Assembly (NCBI GenBank): GCA_964610305.1
Contig: CAZSVL010000001.1
Coordinates: forward strand, 174,781-232,002
DNA length: 57,222 nt
Direction of reading: 5' to 3'
From: an uncultured Gammaproteobacteria bacterium
GTDB taxonomy: Bacteria > Patescibacteriota > Patescibacteriia > Magasanikbacterales > JBBTXJ01
Every line of letters starts with the position of its first letter. Positions within the stretch are counted from its first letter, which is position 1. Below, piece by piece: positions 1-9,951 of the stretch. The notes beneath the pieces were generated by a model, which saw only the letters and a program-made list of their open reading frames with translations, ran no database searches and had not been told where the DNA came from. The translations under genes were made by a program, and so were the position numbers.

Positions 1-335
1 AATGGAATGTGTAAGTCAGAAAATTGAGGGTCTCCTATTAAATCTCTCAGTAATTTTTCTACGCGGTTTCCTTTAATCAGCCCACCTTTAAGCGTTGGCT
101 CAATCATAGCTTTGAGCTTCTCCTTTTTGTGTCCCAGTGTTGCCTGCTCTAAGAGAGAAACGTCTAGAGTTTTGGCGTAGTATGCGCCTACCCATGCGCC
201 CACACTAGCTCCCGCAATGAAGTCTATGGGGATGTCAGCGTAGCGCAGCACTTTAAGAGCTCCCACATGGGCCATGCCGCGCACTCCTCCACTGGAAAGA
301 GCTAAGCCTACTTTTTTTCTTTTTATGCTAGCCAT
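1..335 (-). CDS. Patatin-like phospholipase, N-terminal part (runs off the window edge; not in ORF track)
   Basis: Manual translation from ATG at 335: MASIKRKKVGLALSSGGVRGMAHVGALKVL...DFIAGASVGA; Gly-rich oxyanion loop and GxSxG nucleophile elbow. Confidence 0.9.
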   Translation of the reverse strand, partial: MASIKRKKVGLALSSGGVRGMAHVGALKVLRYADIPIDFIAGASVGAWVGAYYAKTLDVSLLEQATLGHKKEKLKAMIEPTLKGGLIKGNRVEKLLRDLIGDPQFSDLHIP

Positions 336-811
336 GGGAGACGTTTGACAAGTGCCGTTTTTCGCCACGTTTTGCCTATTCCCAGATAGTCACCAGCATT
401 GTGATGGTAAAGCACAAAAAGAAGTAGTGAATACATTATATGATCATCAACAATGGGATTGTGCTCTGGCGGAAGAAAGCCGGCAACATACATCAGCATC
501 AAAAGGAGGATGCCTGCACATGTGGCAGCCTTCATGGCTATACCTAAAACAAGAGCAATTCCTATTCCAAGCAGTCCCAGCATGAAAAGCCAATCTACTA
601 CTGGGTTGCCAGCCAATGAAGAAAATATCTCTGCAAATGGGCCCTTTGTAGCAAATTTCAAAAAACCAAATGTGGGAGATCCTCCTGCCAGCCACGCCTT
701 ATCTGCCTGTGTTGCAAAGCCTAGGCCAAATAGCTTATCAAGAAATCCCCACAAAAAAATCCAGCCCAAGGCAATGCGGGTAACGCCAAGAGCGATGTGT
801 TGTTTTTTCAT
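323..811 (-). CDS. DoxX/DoxD-like membrane protein
   Basis: RIALGWIFLWGFLDKLFG and VDWLFMLGL motifs, about 4 hydrophobic segments. Confidence 0.75.
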   Translation of the reverse strand: MKKQHIALGVTRIALGWIFLWGFLDKLFGLGFATQADKAWLAGGSPTFGFLKFATKGPFAEIFSSLAGNPVVDWLFMLGLLGIGIALVLGIAMKAATCAGILLLMLMYVAGFLPPEHNPIVDDHIMYSLLLFVLYHHNAGDYLGIGKTWRKTALVKRLPWLA

Positions 812-2658
812 ACACCTTCTGCAATTAATGATTTAGTGCCACGCTTTTTTTTCATGCCAGAAAGAGGTAATGTTAGAAAGAAGGTTGTTCCTTTGCCTTC
901 TGTAGAAACAAACCAGATTTTTCCGCCGACTTGAGTTATGATTTCCTTAACAATATAAAGGCCCAAGCCGTTTCCCTCAACGTCCTTTACTCTTACGTTA
1001 TCTGCTCTGAAAAATTTAGTAAACATTTTTGCGTGATCATTTTTGGGAATTCCCACACCCTGATCTTCAACAGAAATCCTAATAAATTTACCACTCTTTT
1101 TTGTAGTTACCGTAATGATAGAACCTTTTGGTGAGTACTTAATTGCATTGGTGAGCACATTGTGAAGTACTATTCTAAAAAGGCTTGTATCTACTTTAAT
1201 TGGGGGATCAAATGCTGTATCTGTGCTTATTGTAATACCTGCCTGCTTTGCCATGAGAGCAATTTCTTGTATGAGGGACTTAATAAGAGTTCCCGTATGC
1301 GTCTTGACTGGTTTTACCGCGTATGCGCCTAATTCTATGCGTGACACATTGAGCAGGGCGCTTACCAGTTCATTCATGGATCTGCTACTGTGTAGTATGT
1401 TATCAAAGTAAGGCCTCTGTTTTTTTGTAAGTTTGCCCCCATCTCCATCCAAAAGCGCTTGCGTGCTCCAATTAATAGTGGTCAGAGGAGTGCGCAGTTG
1501 GTGTGATGCGATAGATACAAATTCTGTTTTTGCTTTATCTACACGGCGCAATCTATCTATCATGTGATTAAAGATCGTGCCTAATTTTCCAATTTCATCT
1601 TTTGATTTTATCTCTACACGACCTTCCCAGTTTCCCTCGGTTATTTGCTGCGCGGCATGAGTAATTTGGCGGAGTGGTCGGACTAATGCTCTTATTTGAA
1701 AAAATATAATAATCAGTGCTAGAACAATAATAAATAAGATTGCTAGCGCAATATTTTTTTGGATCTCTGCTAAGCCTGCAAACGCAATGCTTGTAGGAAG
1801 CTCTGCAATTAGCACCCAACCATTTTGAAGGCATGTGGCTGAACCGGTTACACTCTGTCCTCTGTGGTTGATGTAGGCTGAGGGGCTGGTGCTTTTACAC
1901 ACCTGAAGACCTGGGTGAGTCTTTAGCGCTTCAGCGTCGCCCTCATTGCATGGGCCGGTTATAAGTCCGCCATCTCCTCGGAGTAGGTATGAGGAGGGTT
2001 CTGTGCCTCTTCTACCGCAGGTCAGACCGGTATTGCCCTCTCCAGCTACAATAATTTCAAGGTTGGAAGGGATTATGTAATTAACCAGAACGCCAAGTCT
2101 TTCGCCGGTATCCTTATTTGTCAGTGGAGCGGCAGTAGCAATGCTAGGAGTCAGGCCAAAATGCGCATGTTCATGCACGTCACTTGTGAAGGCATTTCCG
2201 TAATCTAACTTTGCAGCTTCTATGAAATATTTATCAGCTGACTCATTTCTGCCAATTTCTTTTTTGTCGGTTGAGGCCACGGAAATGCCAGCAGTATTGT
2301 ACACCGTAATACCGCTAATCAGTGGATCCAAAGACGCCTTGTTAGTTTTTAGGTGATTTATAAGCGGATGTAAGGCGTCGCTATCTCCAGAAAGAATTTT
2401 TGCTGTGGTGTCTCTGATGAAACCGTCTGAAGAGAAGTCAACGGCTCGCGCTCGTAGATGCTCTAGATAGCTTTCAATGTGCGCAGACTTACTATTGGTA
2501 AGTGCTTGCAAGTCTCCAATTACTTGTCTTTGCATGACGGAGCGTGCAGTGCGCCAATTTAAGTATGTTGTTATTGATCCGGCAAACAAAGCCACAATAA
2601 CAAGACCCAAAAAAAGCTTAGTTCCTATTGACCAATGTTTGGGGTGACTTAATTTCAC
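808..2658 (-). CDS. Sensor histidine kinase (TM-Cache-like-TM-HAMP-HisKA-HATPase)
   Basis: H-box IASHQLRTPL, N-box NVLTNAIKYS, G1 DQGVGIP, G2 GNGLGL; HAMP EIKSKDEIGKLG. Confidence 0.93.
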   Translation of the reverse strand: MKLSHPKHWSIGTKLFLGLVIVALFAGSITTYLNWRTARSVMQRQVIGDLQALTNSKSAHIESYLEHLRARAVDFSSDGFIRDTTAKILSGDSDALHPLINHLKTNKASLDPLISGITVYNTAGISVASTDKKEIGRNESADKYFIEAAKLDYGNAFTSDVHEHAHFGLTPSIATAAPLTNKDTGERLGVLVNYIIPSNLEIIVAGEGNTGLTCGRRGTEPSSYLLRGDGGLITGPCNEGDAEALKTHPGLQVCKSTSPSAYINHRGQSVTGSATCLQNGWVLIAELPTSIAFAGLAEIQKNIALAILFIIVLALIIIFFQIRALVRPLRQITHAAQQITEGNWEGRVEIKSKDEIGKLGTIFNHMIDRLRRVDKAKTEFVSIASHQLRTPLTTINWSTQALLDGDGGKLTKKQRPYFDNILHSSRSMNELVSALLNVSRIELGAYAVKPVKTHTGTLIKSLIQEIALMAKQAGITISTDTAFDPPIKVDTSLFRIVLHNVLTNAIKYSPKGSIITVTTKKSGKFIRISVEDQGVGIPKNDHAKMFTKFFRADNVRVKDVEGNGLGLYIVKEIITQVGGKIWFVSTEGKGTTFFLTLPLSGMKKKRGTKSLIAEGV

Positions 2659-2665
2659 ATTGTGG

Positions 2666-3112
2666 TTAGCGAGTGGCTGATATAACGACTGATTGTTCCG
2701 CAGAGGGCGCAGCTACCGTGAGTCTACCGTCTGATGTTTTTAGAATAGTGTAGCCCGTTGCATTATCAGTGGAGCCTGTTGGATCCCTGGGGATGCTTAC
2801 TAGATATGTTTGATTGTCGGTGAGTTCTGTGGTGATATCAGCCAGGCTTGTGCAGTCAGCGGCATCATCCTTGCAAATATTTTGAGCAGAGGTGGTGATG
2901 GCGCCAGGAAATGAGCCATTGTTATCTATTGCGTACTGATAAACAGCGTCTAAAATGGTGCGTACATCATTTTCTCTTTGCGCATTTCTTGCGTCTGCTA
3001 ACTGCTTACTTGGGTTAATTGCTAAAATAACAATGCCGGCCAAAATTGCTATTGAGGCTACTACCAGCAAAATCTCAATAAGTGTAAAACCTGCTGTTTT
3101 TTTGTTGAACAT
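2666..3112 (-). CDS. Type IV pilin
   Basis: G|FTLIE class III signal, hydrophobic helix, C-terminal Cys pair. Confidence 0.9.
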   Translation of the reverse strand: MFNKKTAGFTLIEILLVVASIAILAGIVILAINPSKQLADARNAQRENDVRTILDAVYQYAIDNNGSFPGAITTSAQNICKDDAADCTSLADITTELTDNQTYLVSIPRDPTGSTDNATGYTILKTSDGRLTVAAPSAEQSVVISATR

Positions 3113-3113
3113 A

Positions 3114-3569
3114 TTATCTTGTTACAGAAATAGTGGCGCTTTCCTCTGCATCTGGTGCGCAAACGGTAACCCTATTATTGGCGCTTTTATAGACTTCGTA
3201 ACCAGTGTTCTCTCCAGATGCTGCACTTGGATCAGTTGGCATAGAAACCAGATATTTTTCATTATCTGTAAGGTGGAATAGTGAAGTTAGGCCCGTGCAG
3301 TTCCCTCCCGTGATACATATATCTTGCGTGGTAGCGCCGCCGCAGCTTGTTCCCGCAGTTGTTGACGTAGGAATGGTTCCATTGTTATCCAGTGCATACT
3401 GATAGACGCCATTGAGGATGGTATTAACGTCTGCTCTGCGCTTTGCATTTCTTGTTTCTGCTAGTTGCTTGCTCGGATTAATCGCTAAAATAACGATACC
3501 CGCCAGTATGGCTATACCGGCAACAACTAGAAGCACCTCTAAGAGAGTGAAGCCTTGTCTTTTTTTCAT
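3114..3569 (-). CDS. Type IV pilin (paralogue of 2666..3112)
   Basis: G|FTLLE signal; shares IAILAGIVILAINPSKQLA and VYQYAxDNNG with its neighbour. Confidence 0.9.
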   Translation of the reverse strand: MKKRQGFTLLEVLLVVAGIAILAGIVILAINPSKQLAETRNAKRRADVNTILNGVYQYALDNNGTIPTSTTAGTSCGGATTQDICITGGNCTGLTSLFHLTDNEKYLVSMPTDPSAASGENTGYEVYKSANNRVTVCAPDAEESATISVTR

Positions 3570-3611
3570 ATAAGCATGGTTAATTTCAATATTATTATAG
3601 CAAAATAAAGG

Positions 3612-4031
3612 CTAAAAGTCTGCGACATCTTGCCAAGAATTTACCACTACTGGATCAACAGAATCAATAGTGATAAGCATCTTGCGCGTAACGCCCTTGT
3701 GACTGCTTGATACGTTTATGGTTTTGGCGTAGCTTGGGTCATCAAGTACCTCATAAGTGCATAGGCCGTTGTAGAGTTGCAACGTTTCTCCACCAAGAAA
3801 TTCTGATGAGCTGCTTATCTGCGCCAGCCCCTTTTGCCCGCAGGTAATCACGTTGCCTTCTGCTTGCGCGGTGGCTCCAGAGACGAGGGCGTTTTTTGAG
3901 GTGTCTATGCCGCGTACAAGTGATGCCACAGCAATGCCGGCCACTAGAGAGCCAACCAGCAAAACAGCGGTAAGCAAGACATATCCCCGTTGTTTATCTT
4001 GTTGAAGCGGTGACATAAAAAGTTTGCTCAT
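3612..4031 (-). CDS. Minor pilin, PilX/GspK-like (start may be 4016)
   Basis: QRG|YVLLT signal lacking E5, inside pilin cluster. Confidence 0.7.
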   Translation of the reverse strand: MSKLFMSPLQQDKQRGYVLLTAVLLVGSLVAGIAVASLVRGIDTSKNALVSGATAQAEGNVITCGQKGLAQISSSSEFLGGETLQLYNGLCTYEVLDDPSYAKTINVSSSHKGVTRKMLITIDSVDPVVVNSWQDVADF

Positions 4032-4500
4032 ATGAGTACTCGCTTTTGTCGGAGGGGTCGGCGTGCCTCAAGGTAAATGATGATCTGATTGAATCGGCGG
4101 TAGAGGTGGCGCTTACATTCTCAAAAAGGAGGTTAGAGATGATAAGGCGGCCACTTGAAAATGCAAGCGGATCATGCGTGCCTTGAGTAATAGATAAAGT
4201 GTCGTCGGTGATCTGTATCGTTGAAGGTGTGGTGGAAGCTAGATAAGTGTTAAGTGTAAGAATACTAGAAGTTGCAGCCACCGTTGGCGTGATAATTGTT
4301 TGGGAGTTTTTAACAGTAGTGCTTAGAAGTTGCGAAATTTGAAGCCCTACGGACTCTACTTCTGTTATTGCGATCAATTTTGCTTTTGTCTGATGAGTTG
4401 ATGCCATAAGCGTAGCTATTGACCCTATTAAAACAGATGCAACGGCCGTATATAAAAGCAGTTCAACAATGGTGAAGCCTTCAGTTGTTTGTGCGGGCAT
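3994..4500 (-). CDS. Minor pilin, PilW/GspJ-like
   Basis: EG|FTIVELLLY signal; start moved to MPAQ at 4500. Confidence 0.8.
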   Translation of the reverse strand: MPAQTTEGFTIVELLLYTAVASVLIGSIATLMASTHQTKAKLIAITEVESVGLQISQLLSTTVKNSQTIITPTVAATSSILTLNTYLASTTPSTIQITDDTLSITQGTHDPLAFSSGRLIISNLLFENVSATSTADSIRSSFTLRHADPSDKSEYSYEQTFYVTASTR

Positions 4501-5992
4501 ATGATCCAACATCATCAGAAGAATCTAAAGTTACGTTACTCCAATTGTCTGCGTCTGTGCAGTTTTGAGAGCAATACGTATACATGAGATCCTTAGAATC
4601 CTCTCTATAATAGAATAGGTGGTTAGTTTCATCTTCAATGGTTAAAGAAGAATATTGTCCTACATCTCCGCTAGAATGAACGGTTACGGTGTTCCAATTG
4701 TCGCTATCGTTGCAGTCTGCGTCACAGGCGGCAAATTTTAGATTCTTGCTACTTTCCCGGTAATATGATACACGCGGCTTGGTTCCGTCTTCAAGAAAGA
4801 GTGAAGAAAATTGGCCTGTTTTTCCGTTTGTATCAATGTTGCTTTTTGTCCAGTTATTGGCGTTGGTGCAAGAGCTCTCGCATGTTGCGTAGCGTAAATT
4901 GGCATTTTTTTCTCTGTAATATGCTACTCGTGGACTTCCGTTTTCAAGTTGAATAGAGCTGTATTCACCCACTTCTTTGTTGCTATCTATAGTAGTAGTG
5001 TTCCAGTTTGGTGCTGAGGTACAGCCGGACGCGCAATAAGCATAGCGCAAATCTTTGTTGCTCTCATCGTAATAGGTGATATGCATAGCGCCACTATCAT
5101 CAATAGCCAAAGAAGTATGCTGTCCTACATCATCAGAACTGTCTATAGTAAGAGAATTCCACTGAGCTGATTGCGTGCAATTTTCATCGCAGTAGGCAAA
5201 TTTAAGATCTTTGGCGCCTTCATCATAGAATGAAATGCGTGGTTTACCTGATTCAAAAGCAAGAGACGTGTGCTGTCCCACATCTCCACTACTCTGAGCG
5301 GTTACCGTAATCCAATTTACATTACTGTGGCATGCAGATGAACATACGGCATAGATTAAATTTTTTTCATCCTTGTGATAGTAGGAAGCGGCAAAACCAG
5401 AGTCTAGAGTGGCTAAGGAAATATCTGTACCCACATCACCGGCTGCGTCAATTGTGGTAAAAGACCAATTTTCTGCCTGATCGCACTGATTATCACACCA
5501 AGCTAGCTTTAGATCCTTATTGGTTTCATCGTAGTACAGTGTTCGGCTGCCGGCCTCTGGAGTCGTAGCCGCCTGTGCGCTCCAGTTTGTTAATTGCATG
5601 CTAGCCTGCACAATGCCTGTGCGCAACAGGTTGTGACTCCATGTAACCGTTGAGGTGATGTTTTTTTGTGTTTCGGAGATATTGGAAATCTCTATTGAAC
5701 GGGTAAAATTATCAATGAGCGTCTCGCTACCGCTTAATTCCCAGGCTGCGTTGCTGATCAGCAGGCCATGCTCTCCTGCAGACAGACTGTCAAAATCTGC
5801 CTGTCCTAGGTTATAGACTCCTTCTAGCCCCTCTGTAGCAAGAAGGCTGGCTCTTTGGTGATCACCCGCACTCTTGACTGCAAACAAGCCATACAATCCC
5901 CCGCCACCAAGTGCTGTTATGATAAGCGCAAACAGTCCAATAGATAACAGTCCTTCAACTAGCGAAAATCCAGATTGCGCTGGTCTGCTCAT
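4481..5992 (-). CDS. Minor pilin (PilV-like) fused to seven ~51-aa CxxxC-W repeats; probable beta-propeller adhesin
   Basis: SG|FSLVE signal; repeats of SSGDVGQYSSL...YY...KDLKFAYCxxxCxxxxxW; start moved to MSRPAQ at 5992. Confidence 0.8.
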   Translation of the reverse strand: MSRPAQSGFSLVEGLLSIGLFALIITALGGGGLYGLFAVKSAGDHQRASLLATEGLEGVYNLGQADFDSLSAGEHGLLISNAAWELSGSETLIDNFTRSIEISNISETQKNITSTVTWSHNLLRTGIVQASMQLTNWSAQAATTPEAGSRTLYYDETNKDLKLAWCDNQCDQAENWSFTTIDAAGDVGTDISLATLDSGFAASYYHKDEKNLIYAVCSSACHSNVNWITVTAQSSGDVGQHTSLAFESGKPRISFYDEGAKDLKFAYCDENCTQSAQWNSLTIDSSDDVGQHTSLAIDDSGAMHITYYDESNKDLRYAYCASGCTSAPNWNTTTIDSNKEVGEYSSIQLENGSPRVAYYREKNANLRYATCESSCTNANNWTKSNIDTNGKTGQFSSLFLEDGTKPRVSYYRESSKNLKFAACDADCNDSDNWNTVTVHSSGDVGQYSSLTIEDETNHLFYYREDSKDLMYTYCSQNCTDADNWSNVTLDSSDDVGSYARTNN

Positions 5993-5993
5993 A

Positions 5994-6437
5994 CTAATAT
6001 AAAACAAAACCCAACCTGTTAATAAGAATAGTGCTACTAGCATTTTGACTGTCGTATAGCACCAGCGTTGCGTTGCTGGTAGGATTGCCAGATGGCGCAG
6101 TAAATACAATTTCAGTGTTTCCGGAAATACTTTGAATGCTGTTAAAAGAACTCAGCTCGTCATATGCGCTATCTCTGCTGGAATAGGCTGAGCCTTTAAA
6201 AACGGTGCTGCCTAGCTCATCAATCTTAACGCCCCACACTGAATCCTCCTTCATTGACTGTGATAAAAGCTGGGCTCGTCGCGCGGAGAGTGCTACAGCC
6301 TGGGCGGCAAGAGATAGATTTGTTGAGTTATGCCACTTGAGGGTGAGGGGAATGGAAAAAGCTGCAACTACGACAATAAGTGCAATGCTTAACATAAGCT
6401 CAACTAACGTAAATCCTTTTTTGTGATTGGACAGCAT
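5994..6437 (-). CDS. Minor pilin, FimT/GspH-like
   Basis: KG|FTLVEL signal; C-terminal ILINRLG; start moved to 6437. Confidence 0.8.
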   Translation of the reverse strand: MLSNHKKGFTLVELMLSIALIVVVAAFSIPLTLKWHNSTNLSLAAQAVALSARRAQLLSQSMKEDSVWGVKIDELGSTVFKGSAYSSRDSAYDELSSFNSIQSISGNTEIVFTAPSGNPTSNATLVLYDSQNASSTILINRLGFVLY

Positions 6438-6438
6438 A

Positions 6439-7854
6439 TCAAAGCTGTTTTGCATACAATGCGCTCACCCAACCGTCTATTGACCCTATTTTTATGTGAT
6501 ACCAACCCTCAATGCTCTCAATCATTTCATAGTTGTCTCTTGGCGATACGCGTGAAACTATATCTGCCTGCGCGCTTGGTAGAGCTCTCACGTTCAGATA
6601 GCCAAGACCAGTAGGTAGAATTTCTATTCGCGCAGTAGTTGGCGGCGGTGTTGGTTTTGGTGTTTCTGTAGAAGACTCTTGCACTTGGACCGCTTCTATT
6701 TCACTATTTTGAGTGCTTGGATGGCTGCTTTCATTTAGATTGCCAATGAGCGAGTAAATAGGAAGAATAACAGCTAGGGCAACAGCCATCACACCAAGCC
6801 ACACAATAACGAGTAACAGCGGCTCAAGCAATACGGCCAGGTTTTTTGATGTGGTCTCTGATTTTTGTTCAAAAATATGACCCATGTTGAGAAAGGCCTC
6901 GGCCATACCGCCAGACTGCTCGCCAGTGATGATGAGCTCTTGCACTGGTTTGGGGATGAGCCTGTCCGATTTTTTGTATAAAGCAAAAGAAGCTGAAAAA
7001 GTCTCTCCGTCGGCAAGGTGGCTAGCTGTATGATTATAAAACTTTTTGTATCTGGCAAGGGTTGTTGATTCTGCAAGAGAGCTCATTGCATGTACAACAG
7101 GTACACCAGCCTTTAGTAGTGATCCCACCAGAAAACCGGCTCGTGCTAGCTCTGCTTGTCTTAATACCACTTTTAGCGCTGGCAGACTAAGGAGGATTCC
7201 TTGGCCAACAAAGCGCGTTTTTTTAAAGAAAAAAAGGAAATAAAATAAGATTGCAGAGGTTGCGGCCACAGAAGAGATAACAAGTGCTCCGTGTTTGCTG
7301 AGGAAAAGACCTGTTGCAATAAGAATCTTAGTAATTAGTGGCAATTGAATATCTAAGCCAGAAAATACCGTTGCAAGATTTGGCAGCACAAACCATGCAA
7401 CCGTAAGACCAACAAAAACCGTGAGTCCCATCACAAAAACTGGATACATCATGGCGGATCTAATTTTTGATCTGAATGCGCGTTGCTTACGACTTTGATC
7501 TACCACGACGCGCATGTTTTCATTGAGTCTGCCAGATTCTTCTCCAAGTTTGATGAGCGCAATGGATTGCTCTTTGAATAGGGCAGACTTCTGCATTGCC
7601 TCAGAAATAGCCATTCCTTGCTCAATGTCTGCAGCTATGGTGAGAACAACTCGCTTGAGCGCCTTTGATTTTATATCATGAGCGATAGAATCAAGAGATT
7701 GAGCTACTCCCCTGCCAGAGCCTAGCAGCATAGCAAAATTTTCTAGCAAAATCTCTTTTTCCTTGGCAACAAAAACAGGTTTGCTAAGTACTGCAAAAAT
7801 ACGCGCAGATGAGGTGCGCGTGTTTTTTCTTTGTTTTCTTTTTGTCTTGATCAT
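6439..7854 (-). CDS. pilC: Type IV pilus platform protein PilC/GspF with C-terminal SH3b domain
   Basis: Two T2SSF repeats (GEESGRL, GEQSGGM, LLEPLL, ILPIY); tail YLNVRALPS...GWYHIKIGSIDGWVS. Confidence 0.9.
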   Translation of the reverse strand: MIKTKRKQRKNTRTSSARIFAVLSKPVFVAKEKEILLENFAMLLGSGRGVAQSLDSIAHDIKSKALKRVVLTIAADIEQGMAISEAMQKSALFKEQSIALIKLGEESGRLNENMRVVVDQSRKQRAFRSKIRSAMMYPVFVMGLTVFVGLTVAWFVLPNLATVFSGLDIQLPLITKILIATGLFLSKHGALVISSVAATSAILFYFLFFFKKTRFVGQGILLSLPALKVVLRQAELARAGFLVGSLLKAGVPVVHAMSSLAESTTLARYKKFYNHTASHLADGETFSASFALYKKSDRLIPKPVQELIITGEQSGGMAEAFLNMGHIFEQKSETTSKNLAVLLEPLLLVIVWLGVMAVALAVILPIYSLIGNLNESSHPSTQNSEIEAVQVQESSTETPKPTPPPTTARIEILPTGLGYLNVRALPSAQADIVSRVSPRDNYEMIESIEGWYHIKIGSIDGWVSALYAKQL

Positions 7855-7855
7855 G

Positions 7856-9526
7856 TTATTGCAACGCCACACGAACAACTTCATTTATGGTGGTTACACC
7901 GGCGTACACTTTGGCCAATCCATCCATATATAAAGTGGGGCTTAGATTTTTGTCTGCGTACGCGCGTATATCTTGGGCTGTGGGGCGCTTAGCTACAATT
8001 TCTTTTAAGTTGTCGTCTACTAATATGAATTCAAACAATGCCGTGCGTCCGCTGTATCCGGTTCCCGCGCAACTACTGCATCCTTTTCCTATGTAGTGCA
8101 CTAACCTTCCTTTTTTCATACTTCTGGATAGGCTCGGATTATTTTTTATGATCTCAGCTCGGGAAGTTTTACTTGTTTCTCTGCAGCGTTCGCATATTTT
8201 TCTTACCAGACGTTGAGCGATTATAAGTTCTAGCGTAGAGGCTAAAATGAAAGGTTCAACACCCATATCCATGAGGCGCGGGATCGCCGTGGCCGCATCG
8301 TTTGCGTGAAATGTTGAGAGCATAAGATGGCCTGTTAGCGCGGCATTTGTTGCAATGTCTGCCGTTTCTTGGTCTCTGATTTCGCCCACTAAAATTACGT
8401 CTGGATCCTGGCGCACAATTGAGCGAAGGCCGGTAGCAAAGCTCAAATTTGTCTCTTTATTAACCTGCATGTGGTTCACGCCAGCTACTTTATATTCTAC
8501 TGGGTCCTCTATGGTGGCGATGTTAACGGTTGTCTTATTAAGGGTTTTGATAAGTCCATAAAGCGATGTTGTTTTTCCGGATCCCGTTGGTCCCACTACC
8601 AAAATCATGCCAAAGGGCTTTCTGGCAGATGCTAGCAGTGCATTTTGATGAGCCTGGTTTAGGCCAAGATCGGTAAAAGTAAAACCGCGCACATAAGCGG
8701 CAAGAAGCCGTAGCACAATTTTTTCTCCGTCCATGAGCGGAGCAATAGAAATTCTCAAATCTGTTTTTCTTTCATTATGCTCGTATCGCATTGAGCCGTC
8801 TTGGGTTGCCGCATGAAGGTCTGTCCGCAGAGATGAACGCACTTTTATATGATTCAGCACGTTTCCATAAATGCGTGGTTCAAGTTTAGCTACATCTCTT
8901 AGAATTCCATCTATTCTAAACCGTATTACTATAAGTTCCTCTCGTGGGTCAAAGTGAATATCTGAGCAACGCAGCGCCAGAGCATCTTGCATCACTTCGT
9001 CAAATATGCGAGGTGCCATTTTATCTCCTGATGATACAATGCTTTTTAATCTATCTTGGAGGGGTTTGCGGTATGCAATGAAGGCTTCTTCTATGTCTTC
9101 AGGTAGGCTGTAGTAAATACTTACCTTTTTTGGCGAAATTTTTTTCTTCACTTCCGAAAGTGGTGCCAATGATTTTTTTGCCGAAGCAGCCAATCCCTTC
9201 TTAAGTGGATTTGAAGTGGTAATTATTACATCAGATCCGTTTTGCTCAAAAACCACAGCACGATTTTTCTTTGCAAAGCTCTCAGGAAGCCGCAAAACCA
9301 TCTCTTTGGTTGGCATGTAGGAGTTTAAATCCGCATAAGGCACCTTGTAGTGCTCTGCTATGGCTTGTCCAATGATGTCTTTTGTAAGAATCCCTTGGGT
9401 GACCAAAAAATTCATCAGAACATTTTCTTTCTGATCAACATATTCTTGCAGAAGCGCTACATCATTGAGATTGATGTAGTTTCCAGCAATCAGTATATCT
9501 TGTAGTTCTTTATTGCTTAGGTTCAT
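7856..9526 (-). CDS. pilB: Type IV pilus assembly ATPase PilB/GspE
   Basis: Walker A GPTGSGKT, TIEDPVEY, RQDPDVILVGEIRD, His box, CxxC...CxxC. Confidence 0.93.
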   Translation of the reverse strand: MNLSNKELQDILIAGNYINLNDVALLQEYVDQKENVLMNFLVTQGILTKDIIGQAIAEHYKVPYADLNSYMPTKEMVLRLPESFAKKNRAVVFEQNGSDVIITTSNPLKKGLAASAKKSLAPLSEVKKKISPKKVSIYYSLPEDIEEAFIAYRKPLQDRLKSIVSSGDKMAPRIFDEVMQDALALRCSDIHFDPREELIVIRFRIDGILRDVAKLEPRIYGNVLNHIKVRSSLRTDLHAATQDGSMRYEHNERKTDLRISIAPLMDGEKIVLRLLAAYVRGFTFTDLGLNQAHQNALLASARKPFGMILVVGPTGSGKTTSLYGLIKTLNKTTVNIATIEDPVEYKVAGVNHMQVNKETNLSFATGLRSIVRQDPDVILVGEIRDQETADIATNAALTGHLMLSTFHANDAATAIPRLMDMGVEPFILASTLELIIAQRLVRKICERCRETSKTSRAEIIKNNPSLSRSMKKGRLVHYIGKGCSSCAGTGYSGRTALFEFILVDDNLKEIVAKRPTAQDIRAYADKNLSPTLYMDGLAKVYAGVTTINEVVRVALQ

Positions 9527-9893
9527 GCCCTTTGCCAAGGGCGGCTTTGACGCGCTCTACCACCCCAGAGATAGGTGTATCGGATTTGACGAAAAAATCA
9601 CGAGCACCAAGCATTTTTGCGCGCTTTATGTCGTCCTCCTGACTTAAATTAGATGCCACTATAACGGGCATTTTTCGTTTAGATTTCTTTAGTTGCTCTA
9701 AAACCACAAAACCATCTTTTACAGGCATGACTAAATCTAAAATTAGCAAGTCAAACTTTTCCTTGCCTAGCATCTCTAAAGCCTGTTTTCCGTTGCTTGC
9801 AATGTTGCACTCAAAGCCCTCTGAAACTAGTTTAAGCTGCATGGCCTTTGCCATTGGTTTTTCGTCTTCTGCAATAAGTATTTTCTTTGGCAT
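9510..9893 (-). CDS. Single-domain response regulator (receiver)
   Basis: ILIAEDE, LILDLVMP phospho-Asp, SNL, FFVK. Confidence 0.9.
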   Translation of the reverse strand: MPKKILIAEDEKPMAKAMQLKLVSEGFECNIASNGKQALEMLGKEKFDLLILDLVMPVKDGFVVLEQLKKSKRKMPVIVASNLSQEDDIKRAKMLGARDFFVKSDTPISGVVERVKAALGKGHEPKQ

Positions 9894-9951
9894 ATTTGTG
9901 ACTCAATCATATCATATTTACGGGCAATCTGTATGGGGATATACTAGCGTT

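Noticed and set aside
4484-5550. Regular nucleotide repeats suggesting an array or DGR target
   Set aside because: Explained by in-frame protein repeats; no reverse transcriptase or adenine-specific template/variable pair seen
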